A stretch of DNA of 64,000 nucleotides, from the IMG/VR virus record IMGVR_UViG_3300027969_000041. The stretch is one strand, 5' to 3'. The notes beneath the pieces are model-generated. The model made no database searches, was not told where the DNA came from, and was given only the letters and a program-made list of their open reading frames with translations. Shown one piece after another: positions 28,760 through 38,397 of the stretch. Position numbers and translations under genes: made by a program. The stretch is from a virus. Taxonomy: Duplodnaviria > Caudoviricetes. Each line of letters begins with the position of its first letter. Position 1 is the first letter of the stretch.

Positions 28760-29773
28760 TTCTTTAGCTTGATTAGCTAGTTCAAAGCTGGCTAAATTTT
28801 TACCCTTCGATTCGGCCATGATGTCGAATTGATCTAGAAAGCTCAATGCCCATTCATTAACTGCTGTATTCCAGTAGAAGTTTGAATGTGCTCTGAGCTT
28901 TCCTTTTTTGTAACCATCTTCCATTAACGGAAGAAGAGCGGGGCGTTGTAATCCGGAATGGCCGATAAGTACATCCTCGCAACTGACGGAGTAATGTATA
29001 ACAGGACGCACACCGCGCCAGCTATCGATAATCCTTTTAATACGGTCGTCGTTTTCATTTATATATTCTCCTGTGTGTATCCAATGATGGTGTATGTCTA
29101 ACACCAAAGCGAGATCGTTCCCGAGTTCAAGGCTTGAGTCGATGCCCCACGAGATTTCGTCATTCTCAATTGTGATGCAGTTTCTTGCCTCGGTGCTGAG
29201 TCTTGGGATAACTCTTTTGATACCCTCGGGACCGGCCCTACCAGCGATGTGGACATTGATCTTAAAGTCTTGGAAGGTTCGACCATAACCCATCCAACGT
29301 GCCATGTCAGCATGATATTCAAACTCCTCTATACTTCGATCTACAATATCTGGGTTATCACTTGCCAGCACAGTAAACTGACCAGGATGAAAAGACAACC
29401 GAACGCCGTTCTTGCGAGCCAGATCTCCCACGGTTCGAAACTCTCTTTCGAGATATGCTCTAATGTCGCTAGTCCGCCAAAACCAAGACCAATCACGCTG
29501 AGTATACACAGGTAATATATCGCTGCCGAGTCGTACCATTCTAAGATTTTCATCAAGTGCTCCTACACGGTTGACGAGCTTGCGAGCAGCTTCAATGTTA
29601 CCTACCATTAGGTCCCATAGTTTTTGTTCCGCAACTTCTTTGCTCTGTCTATTTAACCATGCAACAGTAGTGGAGCCTGTATTGTATTGTTTGGCATCAT
29701 CTTTGGGTTTAATGCCATCTACTTGTCCTGCGTGATCAATCCACTTGCAAGCAAATCCAATTTTCTTAGTCAT
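28745..29773 (-). CDS. uvsE: UV-damage endonuclease UvsE/UvdE
   Basis: IGFAC, RLGSDILP, SFHPGQF, IEN DE, LDIHHH. Confidence 0.92.
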   Translation of the reverse strand: MTKKIGFACKWIDHAGQVDGIKPKDDAKQYNTGSTTVAWLNRQSKEVAEQKLWDLMVGNIEAARKLVNRVGALDENLRMVRLGSDILPVYTQRDWSWFWRTSDIRAYLEREFRTVGDLARKNGVRLSFHPGQFTVLASDNPDIVDRSIEEFEYHADMARWMGYGRTFQDFKINVHIAGRAGPEGIKRVIPRLSTEARNCITIENDEISWGIDSSLELGNDLALVLDIHHHWIHTGEYINENDDRIKRIIDSWRGVRPVIHYSVSCEDVLIGHSGLQRPALLPLMEDGYKKGKLRAHSNFYWNTAVNEWALSFLDQFDIMAESKGKNLASFELANQAKELGLL

Positions 29774-29936
29774 TTTTTACTTTCTGAATGCTCCAAGAGC
29801 CGTCCTTGTTGTCTATCCAATCTAGTATATCGCCTTCTTTCCATCCCTGCATATCTAAAAAGTCTTGAGGTAACGGCATTACTAAATCTCCGCTGCCATC
29901 GTCGGCTTCTTCTACAGTTACAGTCCAATGTGTCAT
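29766..29936 (-). CDS. AbrB/MazE-like small DNA-binding protein
   Basis: Manually translated MTHWTVTVEEADDGSGDLVMPLPQDFLDMQGWKEGDILDW (56 aa; below track cutoff). Confidence 0.72.
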   Translation of the reverse strand: MTHWTVTVEEADDGSGDLVMPLPQDFLDMQGWKEGDILDWIDNKDGSWSIQKVKND

Positions 29937-30208
29937 AGTTGATTCCTTGTAAGTGCGTGATGAACTAAAAATGCTTTAAAAGCCTTGTAGACAGCAGCCG
30001 CTTCTTTTTCGTCTGCTTCTACTTTTACACCTCTAACATAAAAACCATCTTCAGTAACTTTCAGCATTTCTAATTGACCTGCGTGAAATACAATGTTGTT
30101 TTCCGGAGGAGCAGTCACTGATAAAACTGGTGTAGGGCGTGGATCGTTGATAACGAACATTTCTGGAAATGCCTTTTCAACTTCTTGTGCAATAAAACCC
30201 TGTTTCAT
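29933..30208 (-). CDS. Hypothetical protein (probably leaderless)
   Basis: 91 aa; begins with S74-like GFIAQEVEKAFPE; ATG 6 nt after TAAAAT. Confidence 0.7.
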   Translation of the reverse strand: MKQGFIAQEVEKAFPEMFVINDPRPTPVLSVTAPPENNIVFHAGQLEMLKVTEDGFYVRGVKVEADEKEAAAVYKAFKAFLVHHALTRNQL

Positions 30209-30214
30209 GTTACT

Positions 30215-30243
30215 ATTTTACACTACTTTGCGGAAATAGTCAA
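30215..30243 (-). promoter_or_regulatory. sigma70-type promoter
   Basis: TTGACT-17-TAAAAT. Confidence 0.7.
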
Positions 30244-30825
30244 TCAGTATTTAGAATACCAACCAGTTAAGATGTATTTTGGTTCTGTATAAACTGTAAG
30301 TCCGCGGTGTGGATGAGTCATACCTGCAGGCCAAATAACCACAGTACCTTGTGTTGGACGAATACGCTTCTTTTGATATAAGAATTCAGTCTCTCCCTCA
30401 CCTTCGGGCATGTCATTCAAATAAATCATCCATACTAATTCTCGATTGTATGTTTCGGCTCTGTCACCGTTTTCATAATGCCAAACATGATATCCACCCA
30501 TAGGCAAAGTCCTCTGCATTTTAAGACATTTATTATTGGTTAATTTAATATTGTTTAGCTGTCCAAATTCGTGTATATATTCCATTAAACAATCATGCAG
30601 GTAGTATAAGTATTTGCTGGCTAAATCGGACACTCCTAATTGCGGTGTTTCTAAAAATATGGCAAGATCTTTGCGCCCTAAATTTGAATTATCAAACTGT
30701 TTATCGTTGTTATGAACATATTCTTTTAATTCTGAGTTATTGATAATTTCTTCAAATACTTTAATTGTTGCTTGACAATCTTCTGCAGATACATGGCCAG
30801 GCCATGTTCTAATAAAATTTTCCAT
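30244..30825 (-). CDS. 2OG-Fe(II) dioxygenase (prolyl-4-hydroxylase-like)
   Basis: GGYHVWHYE, WMIYLND, GETEF, WPAGMTHPHRG, KYILTGW. Confidence 0.9.
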   Translation of the reverse strand: MENFIRTWPGHVSAEDCQATIKVFEEIINNSELKEYVHNNDKQFDNSNLGRKDLAIFLETPQLGVSDLASKYLYYLHDCLMEYIHEFGQLNNIKLTNNKCLKMQRTLPMGGYHVWHYENGDRAETYNRELVWMIYLNDMPEGEGETEFLYQKKRIRPTQGTVVIWPAGMTHPHRGLTVYTEPKYILTGWYSKY

Positions 30826-30829
30826 GATA

Positions 30830-31306
30830 TTATCCTTTGTTAATTAATACCGGCGAATGTTGTGGTAATGAACTAGCAGGATCTTCTTTTTTAGCTTCCA
30901 ATGTTGCTACCCTTGAACGCAATTCACTTGATGAGTAAACATGTTGTCTTTTATGATAATGTAATTTAATACCATTATCAATACACCATTGTTTTCCTGT
31001 AAAATCTCTGTTTAAATATTCGTCGCTGAGAAATCGAATATCTATTGTTTGCGTCATTAATAATTGTAACAAATCAAACTCTGTTTCGTAGATTAATATT
31101 TCGTCAACATATTTACACCCTTGTAATTGAACATATCTTTCGTATGAGCTTTGTACAGGTTTATTTTTAATTCCAGGACGATCTACTGTAGGATCAATTT
31201 GAAGTGCAACTATTAGATAGTCGCAGAGTTGCTTTTCCATTTTAAGCATGGTAACATGCCCTGCATGGAGTAAATCAAAACTACTACAGTTAAAACCTAT
31301 TTTCAT
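30830..31306 (-). CDS. Second TagD-like cytidylyltransferase
   Basis: SSFDLLHAGH, ALQIDPT, YVDE, YSSSELR. Confidence 0.9.
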   Translation of the reverse strand: MKIGFNCSSFDLLHAGHVTMLKMEKQLCDYLIVALQIDPTVDRPGIKNKPVQSSYERYVQLQGCKYVDEILIYETEFDLLQLLMTQTIDIRFLSDEYLNRDFTGKQWCIDNGIKLHYHKRQHVYSSSELRSRVATLEAKKEDPASSLPQHSPVLINKG

Positions 31307-31447
31307 TCTTATCTTTTACTGGTTCTACAATCCCGTATTGTTTATACAGCCATTGAATAAATCTTTCAACTTCTTTGCTAGGATATGGATATGCTTGGTA
31401 TGCTATAGTTACTCGTTCAAGCCAATCTTTATCAATCATTTTATTTT

Positions 31448-31657
31448 TCATTTTTTTGTATTAACTGATATTGTATAATATTGTAAAATAACTTCACCCC
31501 AATTACCGCCGCCTTGTTTGTACAAATGGTTAACTTGTTTGGCACTGTCTCTAATTAATAGTTCAGCAAACTTTTCTAAAGGAATGAATATGTTATCTGG
31601 TAATTCATTTAATCTTAATCCAGACTGTTCGGCGAGTTCTTCGATTTTTTTATTCAT
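31448..31657 (-). CDS. Hypothetical protein
   Basis: 69-aa ORF in operon. Confidence 0.62.
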   Translation of the reverse strand: MNKKIEELAEQSGLRLNELPDNIFIPLEKFAELLIRDSAKQVNHLYKQGGGNWGEVILQYYTISVNTKK

Positions 31658-31660
31658 ACT

Positions 31661-31831
31661 TTACCAATGCCTTATAACACCTGCTATAATAAAACAATTT
31701 GTTATTATATAGCATAATACAATGGCAGTACGGATAAAAGCAATCTTGTCTGCCTCTCTATCTGTACTGCCAGATTTTTCACCTAGGGCTTTTGCCCAAA
31801 GCTTCCAAAGGTTATGCAAATAGATCTTCAT
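31661..31831 (-). CDS. Small membrane protein
   Basis: MKIYLHNLWKLWAKALG...C-terminal TM; start reassigned to ATG 31831. Confidence 0.65.
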   Translation of the reverse strand: MKIYLHNLWKLWAKALGEKSGSTDREADKIAFIRTAIVLCYIITNCFIIAGVIRHW

Positions 31832-32318
31832 TCCATTCACGATGCCCTTCACGGAACGCCATGTTAGCCTGTGTTTCACGAACTTCTACACGATAACACC
31901 ACAGTCTAGCCGCTTCACCCGGTCCCCACATTTCTGGAATGTAAACGCCGTTGACATACTTATATAGCATATCGCTCAATGCTTCGCATCCTAATGCCGG
32001 TAGAATAACGATTTTAGCCATATTTTTTTCTTGTAGCATTTTGAATGTACCTAGTTCTGGATCATCCTGTGCAACAATAAGTGTATGATCAAATTGATCT
32101 TCTAATGTTTTCTTTAGTTCTTTTAAACCACCATAGTCGGCCGCCCAATTGCGAACATCTAGGTCGTTGGTGCCAAAGTAAAATTTCATACTAAATGAAT
32201 AGCCGTGAATTAGATTACAATGACTATCACTTCGCCATTGGCGATAAGCGCAAGGGAATGCGTCGTGATATTCTTTGGTGCTTGTGTACTTGTACAGTAC
32301 TGGTTGTAGGTTTGCCAT
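31812..32318 (-). CDS. queD: 6-carboxy-5,6,7,8-tetrahydropterin synthase (QueD/PTPS)
   Basis: SHCNLIHGY, DYGGLKELK, FDHTL, VEVRET. Confidence 0.88.
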   Translation of the reverse strand: MANLQPVLYKYTSTKEYHDAFPCAYRQWRSDSHCNLIHGYSFSMKFYFGTNDLDVRNWAADYGGLKELKKTLEDQFDHTLIVAQDDPELGTFKMLQEKNMAKIVILPALGCEALSDMLYKYVNGVYIPEMWGPGEAARLWCYRVEVRETQANMAFREGHREWNEDLFA

Positions 32319-32393
32319 AATTTTCTCCTATGTTAATTTTAGCATAGGCAGCAGAGTTTGTATACCGGGATGAAAGCCGAAGGCCGGTTAGTG
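32319..32393 (-). promoter_or_regulatory. Structured 5' leader of queD (candidate cis-regulatory RNA)
   Basis: Stem ACCGG/CCGGU (32384-88/32364-68); stem CCUAUG/CAUAGG (32343-48/32327-32) covering the AGGAG RBS; TAAATA core at 32395-32400. Confidence 0.55.
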
Positions 32394-32567
32394 TTATTTA
32401 AGGTTTTTAACTTCCTGTTTAACAATTTTTAGATCTTCTTTGATCTCGTTAATCATATTAATTTCTGCTTGACGATTACAATACAATTGTGCTAATGTAA
32501 TAGCAAATAGACTCCATCCTATAAACCCACCTGCTATTAAAAATCCTATTATTAAATTATTTGCCAT
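32394..32567 (-). CDS. Small membrane protein
   Basis: GGGAG RBS, TM helix and coiled coil. Confidence 0.65.
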   Translation of the reverse strand: MANNLIIGFLIAGGFIGWSLFAITLAQLYCNRQAEINMINEIKEDLKIVKQEVKNLK

Positions 32568-32628
32568 AATGTTTTCTCCCATAAGTGTCAATATTTACTT
32601 AAACTTAAGAGAGGATTTAGTCCACAGT

Positions 32629-33225
32629 TTATCGTTTGTCAACAATCTTATCGCAGAGTCCGTAGGCTAGTGCTTCTTCTGCACTCATAAATGTGTCACG
32701 ATCCATGTCCTTTTCGAACTCTTCATATGTTTTACCCACTGTATTATGTTTAACATATAGTTTGGTTAGCATATCTTTCATTTTGGTAATCTCTTGGTAT
32801 TGAATAGCAATGTCACTTTGCATACCACGGGCACCACCACTTGGTTGATGAATCATATGGCGAGCATGGGGCAACATATAACGCTTACCCGGACTACCTG
32901 CTTGTGCTAGGAAACTGCCCATTGAGCAGGCTTGACCCATAACATAGGTACAAATATCTGGTTTGACAAACTGCATGACATCATAGATTGCCATTCCGCT
33001 GGTTATAACACCACCTGGACTATTGATATAAAAATGAATATCTTTTTCGCTGTCTTGACTTTCAAGATGCAGTATTTGAGCAACAATTAAATTACTGCTA
33101 ATATCATCAACTCCACCGTTAAGGAATACGATGCGCTCGTTGAGCAATCGGCTAAAAATATCAAAGGCACGTTCGCCTTGCCCGGTCTTTTCGACCACCA
33201 TTGGTACTAACATATTAAAATTCAT
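32629..33225 (-). CDS. clpP: ATP-dependent Clp protease proteolytic subunit
   Basis: DIFSRLL, YINSPGG, ACSMGS (catalytic Ser), MIHQP, DRD. Confidence 0.96.
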   Translation of the reverse strand: MNFNMLVPMVVEKTGQGERAFDIFSRLLNERIVFLNGGVDDISSNLIVAQILHLESQDSEKDIHFYINSPGGVITSGMAIYDVMQFVKPDICTYVMGQACSMGSFLAQAGSPGKRYMLPHARHMIHQPSGGARGMQSDIAIQYQEITKMKDMLTKLYVKHNTVGKTYEEFEKDMDRDTFMSAEEALAYGLCDKIVDKR

Positions 33226-33637
33226 CCTTTAAAATTTTTGTAGAATTACTTAATCCGGCAACAATTTGGAATTGTTCCCATGCTTTTTTCACAGCAGGCC
33301 TACTTTCTAGTTCTTCTGCTGGTAAACTTGCTTCGAGCCAGTAGTAGGGCAATCGATGTGGATGTGCTCCAAACTGGCGAGGCTGATGTAACAGGCCCCT
33401 GCTATATAGTTCTTTGGATACATATCGAAACTTTTCTTCGTCCTTGTCTGTGTAGCGACTCCACTCGGGGTTACTCCATCCGCCGTGGTGATGATATCCC
33501 TGCCAGATACCACCCCACTGTTCGTCGTTGTTGGGGTCGAAATTTGTACGAGCAACAATGACTAATACATCATTGATGTCTACCTTGCCGTCTATAATGT
33601 CTCTAACACATCGACTATAACTAAGTCCTATTTTCAT
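33215..33637 (-). CDS. Hypothetical protein
   Basis: 140-aa coupled ORF. Confidence 0.75.
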   Translation of the reverse strand: MKIGLSYSRCVRDIIDGKVDINDVLVIVARTNFDPNNDEQWGGIWQGYHHHGGWSNPEWSRYTDKDEEKFRYVSKELYSRGLLHQPRQFGAHPHRLPYYWLEASLPAEELESRPAVKKAWEQFQIVAGLSNSTKILKDEF

Positions 33638-34050
33638 AGGTTAATCCTTTCTTTTTTACGGGATTCAATTTCGTTAAAATGCTCGTCACAAACATTTTTA
33701 ATCCAACCTGTGGTTTGTTTGGTAGAAGGTACTCCACAGATTTCGCAGGTGTTACTTGCCCAAGATTCTGCCATACTAACCATACCACGGACTTGTTCGT
33801 CCCCGCCATCATAGTAGAATCGCAGTCCGCCAAACTTTTCTTTGATTTGATGTACAACTACCTGCGGCACAATATTGCCATACTTTGTTCTCCAGTCAAT
33901 ATGATGTTGTATCTGGCTACATAGGCTTTCAACAATAGGCCACCATCCTTCACCTACAGCAACCTCGCCATAGGGCTCTGAAAACATTTTAGGAAATTGC
34001 TCTTCTAAACGCTGAACAAATTTGTCGTACTTGTCAACCTCATTTTCCAT
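33634..34050 (-). CDS. Hypothetical protein with C-terminal Cys motifs
   Basis: QIKEKFGGLRFYY, CEICG...C..H. Confidence 0.78.
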   Translation of the reverse strand: MENEVDKYDKFVQRLEEQFPKMFSEPYGEVAVGEGWWPIVESLCSQIQHHIDWRTKYGNIVPQVVVHQIKEKFGGLRFYYDGGDEQVRGMVSMAESWASNTCEICGVPSTKQTTGWIKNVCDEHFNEIESRKKERINL

Positions 34051-34285
34051 TGTTCTTCTCCTGGTCGTAGGCCTTTACCATACGATACAATGGTTCCATG
34101 CGTTCTTGAAATACATCAGGCGCCTGAAGTGCCGTCCGTTGCATATCCCATACGGTTGGATAGTGTCGTAGTAGAGATCTCGCTCGTTCCTTAATTGTTT
34201 TAGGAATTCTGGGGGTATTGCAAATATCAGTAAGAAACTGAATTGTCTGCACTACTGCACGATACCGTTCATCCGGCAATGTCAT
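34040..34285 (-). CDS. Hypothetical phage protein
   Basis: MTLPDERYRAV...ARSLLRHYP; start reassigned. Confidence 0.72.
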   Translation of the reverse strand: MTLPDERYRAVVQTIQFLTDICNTPRIPKTIKERARSLLRHYPTVWDMQRTALQAPDVFQERMEPLYRMVKAYDQEKNNGK

Positions 34286-34823
34286 ATGCAGTTTTCTTTT
34301 CTTTAAGCAAGTTGACAAATCCTTCATCGGCTAACTTCTCACGCAGAATTTGTTCAACAAAGTCGTTGAATGTCATGTCGGCGTCGTGTGCTGCCTTAAA
34401 CAATACCATTAATTCTGTTTCTGGCAGGTCAATTGGAATGCTAACGCGAGTGTCGTACTCTTCCCCAGCAACTACTGCTAGACCTTTTTGGATCCAGTCA
34501 TCGTCGGATTCAAGATCAATGTAATCTACATTTTCCCATGCTTCTACCATCCAGCTATTCTTTGATTTAGCTTCTTCTTCAAATATTTCTTTATAAGCAG
34601 GATTGATCATACGATATGCACGATTATTTTGGTAGTCGTGTATTTGAACTTCGTATACTTCTTGTGACTTTTGATCAAAAACAACACTGAGACTATGCCC
34701 TGCCTGCTCACCATTCCAGCTGTCTAATGTATAGGCATCGGACCCATAGCAGTCCCAACCGTAGTTACCACCTTCGGTAATTCGATAATTGACAACTTCC
34801 ATCCATTCTTTTAAAGTAATCAT
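34269..34823 (-). CDS. Hypothetical protein
   Basis: 184-aa coupled ORF. Confidence 0.75.
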   Translation of the reverse strand: MITLKEWMEVVNYRITEGGNYGWDCYGSDAYTLDSWNGEQAGHSLSVVFDQKSQEVYEVQIHDYQNNRAYRMINPAYKEIFEEEAKSKNSWMVEAWENVDYIDLESDDDWIQKGLAVVAGEEYDTRVSIPIDLPETELMVLFKAAHDADMTFNDFVEQILREKLADEGFVNLLKEKKTAYDIAG

Positions 34824-35053
34824 TTTACATCCTTAAGTTTTTGGTTAATTTCTTTTATCAGCTCTACTGCAACACATAGAGCCTGGCTTGCGTCAAAATT
34901 AGTAAGTACGCATCTGTTATAACTTTTTGGGTCTTCAATAATAGCAATTACATCTGCTAAAATCAACTCGGCGAATTTTTCGTAATTAAAGTTGAGACCA
35001 AATTCGTTGTGTTCCCAACACTGGGGTTCAAGTTGTTTAATTCGTTCGTTCAT
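34820..35053 (-). CDS. Hypothetical protein
   Basis: 77 aa, ATGA coupling; N-terminus similar to 31448..31657 (MN.RI..L; EKFAELI). Confidence 0.68.
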   Translation of the reverse strand: MNERIKQLEPQCWEHNEFGLNFNYEKFAELILADVIAIIEDPKSYNRCVLTNFDASQALCVAVELIKEINQKLKDVK

Positions 35054-36267
35054 TTATACACCTTCAAAATAACTGTGTCTTCGTTAAAGCGACCGTTTAG
35101 TATAGTCTCTGTAGTTTTGACACTCTTAGCAAACCAAGTCTCGAATCTCTTCTGCGTATTTTGCTCTTTGAACTCTTTGATCTGTTCCGGAGGCTTACGC
35201 AGAGTCTTTTGTTCACTCTTGGCAGTAAAGTCAGTTAACGATGTACCTTTAACACCAAGTCCTTCTGAGCTTGTAGCAATGTAATAACCAATCTTACGAG
35301 TCTTAACATTGTAGACTACAACACCTTGGGCACCGACAATCTGTGCAGGAGGAGTTGACACAATAGCCAACTTATCATCCTTGGCACAGAATTTAAGTTT
35401 AGCTACAATCTGTTCTGCAGGCTTGATCTTCTTAGCACGAGGCTTCTTCAAGATTTTAGCTTCTGCGGTAATCTGTTCACAGGCTGTCATAATACCTTCA
35501 TAGAAAGCAATCAGCTTGTTAACATTTTTACGGCTGACATGCTTGTAACCTTCTTTCAATTGAGCATCCGCTTCGCCACTGGCTAGTTCCTGTAACTCCG
35601 CCATACCACGAGCAAAGAAAGTCTTAATGAAACGAGCATGGGCGGCTTTGGCACCTTTGCCTCGCAACAGATTAACAATCTTAAATGCTTTGGGATCAAA
35701 TGCTTCCGGATCAGTGATCCAAGAGTCGATGGCATAGTCAATGTCTTCACTCATCTCACCTGCGGTTTCACGCAGACGATCTTGAATGTTTGGCACATAG
35801 ACTTCGGTTTTAATCACTGGTTTGGCTGTTTCTGTTTCGTCTATGTCGTCTTTACCTTGCTCAACAATTCGGGCAATTTCTTTACGCAACCACAATGTAC
35901 TATCACGACCTTCGTTAAATCCATCATGTATTTTAGGCATACCTCGTTGCAAACATGCGGCCACTGCGGCCACAGTCATTGAACAACGGTTGTCTTTGGT
36001 CTTCTTAAAAGCCGCAATTTCAGCTTTGGTATAATCGTTAAGAGCCATCCAGTTAATGATCTGAGGCTTGAGCTCTTTAGTAGTCTTTTCTAAACGGTAG
36101 TATTCCATAGCACCACGGAAGTGCTTGGTAAACTGAGCACCTGTCCAAGATTCAGCACCATCCCACTTAGGGCTGTAGTCCCGTTTGGCATTCTCACGGA
36201 TGCTTACGCTAGTGATCTTTTCTTTTTTAACCTTGGGTTTAATCTTAATGCCTGCTACTGTTGCCAT
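35050..36267 (-). CDS. Hypothetical basic protein
   Basis: 405 aa, Lys-rich, GGAG RBS, own sigma70 promoter. Confidence 0.8.
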   Translation of the reverse strand: MATVAGIKIKPKVKKEKITSVSIRENAKRDYSPKWDGAESWTGAQFTKHFRGAMEYYRLEKTTKELKPQIINWMALNDYTKAEIAAFKKTKDNRCSMTVAAVAACLQRGMPKIHDGFNEGRDSTLWLRKEIARIVEQGKDDIDETETAKPVIKTEVYVPNIQDRLRETAGEMSEDIDYAIDSWITDPEAFDPKAFKIVNLLRGKGAKAAHARFIKTFFARGMAELQELASGEADAQLKEGYKHVSRKNVNKLIAFYEGIMTACEQITAEAKILKKPRAKKIKPAEQIVAKLKFCAKDDKLAIVSTPPAQIVGAQGVVVYNVKTRKIGYYIATSSEGLGVKGTSLTDFTAKSEQKTLRKPPEQIKEFKEQNTQKRFETWFAKSVKTTETILNGRFNEDTVILKVYK

Positions 36268-36298
36268 TTTGCACTCCTGTTTGTTAGTGTATGTATAT

Positions 36299-36327
36299 AT
36301 TATACAGGGTTTTTTATTCTATGTCAA
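36299..36327 (-). promoter_or_regulatory. sigma70 promoter
   Basis: TTGACA-17-TATAAT; the -35 lies in the last codons of the upstream gene. Confidence 0.85.
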
Positions 36328-36625
36328 GCTCGGTATTACCGGATTTGTCCAAATATTCGCTATATTTTAACAGGAACATTATCCGCTTTGGTTCATTGTA
36401 GAAATCCAAATGTATAGTTTTTACACAATATTTGGTATTGTACCCAACATTTCTGCGGTCGCCTTTGACATCATGCTCAAACCATTCTTCATGTGTTCTG
36501 CTAGTAAAGCCCAAGACTTCTCGCATCCTGTTGCGAATTAACAACACACCGGGGGGATGCTCTTTGGCAATTTGATTGTAGATTTTAAGCCAGCTTGCTT
36601 CGGATAAAACTACAGGCTTGCTCAT
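36314..36625 (-). CDS. Hypothetical protein
   Basis: 103-aa ORF. Confidence 0.72.
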   Translation of the reverse strand: MSKPVVLSEASWLKIYNQIAKEHPPGVLLIRNRMREVLGFTSRTHEEWFEHDVKGDRRNVGYNTKYCVKTIHLDFYNEPKRIMFLLKYSEYLDKSGNTELDIE

Positions 36626-37188
36626 TAGAACTCATCATTTTGAGCTACAACTATCCAACCTAACTTTTTAAGGTCTTCTCGTATCTCATCAGTTACTACA
36701 CTTTCGGAAACAAATGCCTGTCCTTCTTTATAGGAGATTTGGTCTTCTTCTGTAAGATTATTAAATTCTTCCGGAGACAATTCATCATTGCCTCGAATAC
36801 CACTACAGTACCAATCAATATAATCGCCTTGTTCACGCATGTCAGCAATGATACCCCCGGCACTTCTCCAAGAGGCACTCCAGCGTTGATCTTTTAGAAT
36901 AGGCATAACATCTAACTTTTGAAAGTCGTTATTACATATTGCGGCATAGAGATTTTGAGAGTAGATTCGACTTTCACGGACCTTGTCTAAAATCCAGTCA
37001 GTGCTACGGAGGTCATATTCCATATTATCTTTTTGCCATTCTGGATCTATCATATTTTCCTCATCTTGCTCTCGCCAAGTTTTATACATTCGAATATAGT
37101 CGGGATTGGGCTCCTTACCTTCTTCCTCGCAACGTTTGATATACCCTTCTTTTTGAAAGGTATGACGATCGGGACTTTTTGATATCAT
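36625..37188 (-). CDS. Hypothetical protein
   Basis: 187-aa ORF. Confidence 0.75.
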   Translation of the reverse strand: MISKSPDRHTFQKEGYIKRCEEEGKEPNPDYIRMYKTWREQDEENMIDPEWQKDNMEYDLRSTDWILDKVRESRIYSQNLYAAICNNDFQKLDVMPILKDQRWSASWRSAGGIIADMREQGDYIDWYCSGIRGNDELSPEEFNNLTEEDQISYKEGQAFVSESVVTDEIREDLKKLGWIVVAQNDEF

Positions 37189-37397
37189 TGCAACACTCGG
37201 GGACCAGAAGACATCTGACTTTGTAGTTTGGCATATTCTGTCGGATCGAGATCATCTAGGTCATCTGATTGTTCTAGTAACTCCCCAGACTCGGCCATAC
37301 GATGAATCTCAGCTATCAATTTGTTGAGCTCTTCTTGAGTACCATCGAAGCTATCAAATGCACCGGGTGCAAATTCAATTTTAATTTTTTTGGTCAT
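37185..37397 (-). CDS. Hypothetical acidic protein
   Basis: 70-aa coupled ORF. Confidence 0.68.
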   Translation of the reverse strand: MTKKIKIEFAPGAFDSFDGTQEELNKLIAEIHRMAESGELLEQSDDLDDLDPTEYAKLQSQMSSGPRVLQ

Positions 37398-37563
37398 TAA
37401 TTTCTTTTGGAGTTAGGGGTCTAGTTCTACAAAATAAACATTCACGGTCGTTACAAATATCTTCTAACCAATCATTGCATGGTTTGCAATAAAAGCTATC
37501 AAAATCTGCTATATAAGATTTAGGTGTCCTACATTTGGGACATTTTAGATCATTCAGGTCCAT
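37381..37563 (-). CDS. Small Cys-rich (zinc-binding-like) protein
   Basis: CPKC, CKPC, C...C..C. Confidence 0.68.
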   Translation of the reverse strand: MDLNDLKCPKCRTPKSYIADFDSFYCKPCNDWLEDICNDRECLFCRTRPLTPKEINDQKN

Positions 37564-38396
37564 AGTGATTGGCGAACTTTAATAAGACGAATCATCATTA
37601 CCTCATCTTCTTTTTCATAATCTGCTTCCAATCTTTGAAGAAGTTTATGAGCCTTGTCGCTTTGCTTTTTAAGCACAGGATCTTTCTCACCACTGAAACT
37701 TAGTCGGCCACCATTTGCTTCACGTTGTGCTTCACAGTAAGCAGTCCATCCACTGGCTTCATACGGATCACGACGATTGCGATAAGTTTCAGTCCACCAT
37801 AGGTACAATTCTTTTATTTCTCGAGCATTTTTAGCCTGCCCAGTTAGTTCACCGTAGCCTTTGTCTCCACTGTGTACACCCCAGTCTTCAGTCATACGCA
37901 ATTCGCCAGCCCAATTCAAGTGATCTAATCCTGCTTCGGGGCAACGCCATGTACGCCAGCGAAACCAACCAGCGGCCCAGAATGGCGCCTTGTATTTCTT
38001 CCGTGCTTCGTCGTCCCAGGCTATGTGGCTCCATGCTTGTTCGATTTCAACAAAGTCCACAAGTTCGTTAAACAAGCACGGGAGAAACCTATTACCCACG
38101 TCGCTCCAATCACCAGGACGGATATCCCTAGCATGAGCAGTAAGGCTATGAGTACGAGTAACCCACCGATTATTGATGTAATATTTGATATCATAAATTT
38201 TCCTTACAGGCCAAGTAACAAAATCTTGAAGATAGCTAAGACCTTCTTCGGCTAGCCAATAACGAATTCTATGATTAAGTTCAGCGTTCTTTGTCCATTC
38301 ATCCCAATCTTCCGCAGTCTTGGCTCCTCCTTTTGATGTGCCGCGAAGCCAATCTGCGAAAGGACTACAACTCCAATAATTTGTGTGGTGTGCCAT
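37554..38396 (-). CDS. Hypothetical Trp-rich protein
   Basis: 280-aa ORF. Confidence 0.78.
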   Translation of the reverse strand: MAHHTNYWSCSPFADWLRGTSKGGAKTAEDWDEWTKNAELNHRIRYWLAEEGLSYLQDFVTWPVRKIYDIKYYINNRWVTRTHSLTAHARDIRPGDWSDVGNRFLPCLFNELVDFVEIEQAWSHIAWDDEARKKYKAPFWAAGWFRWRTWRCPEAGLDHLNWAGELRMTEDWGVHSGDKGYGELTGQAKNAREIKELYLWWTETYRNRRDPYEASGWTAYCEAQREANGGRLSFSGEKDPVLKKQSDKAHKLLQRLEADYEKEDEVMMIRLIKVRQSLWT

Positions 38397-38397
38397 T

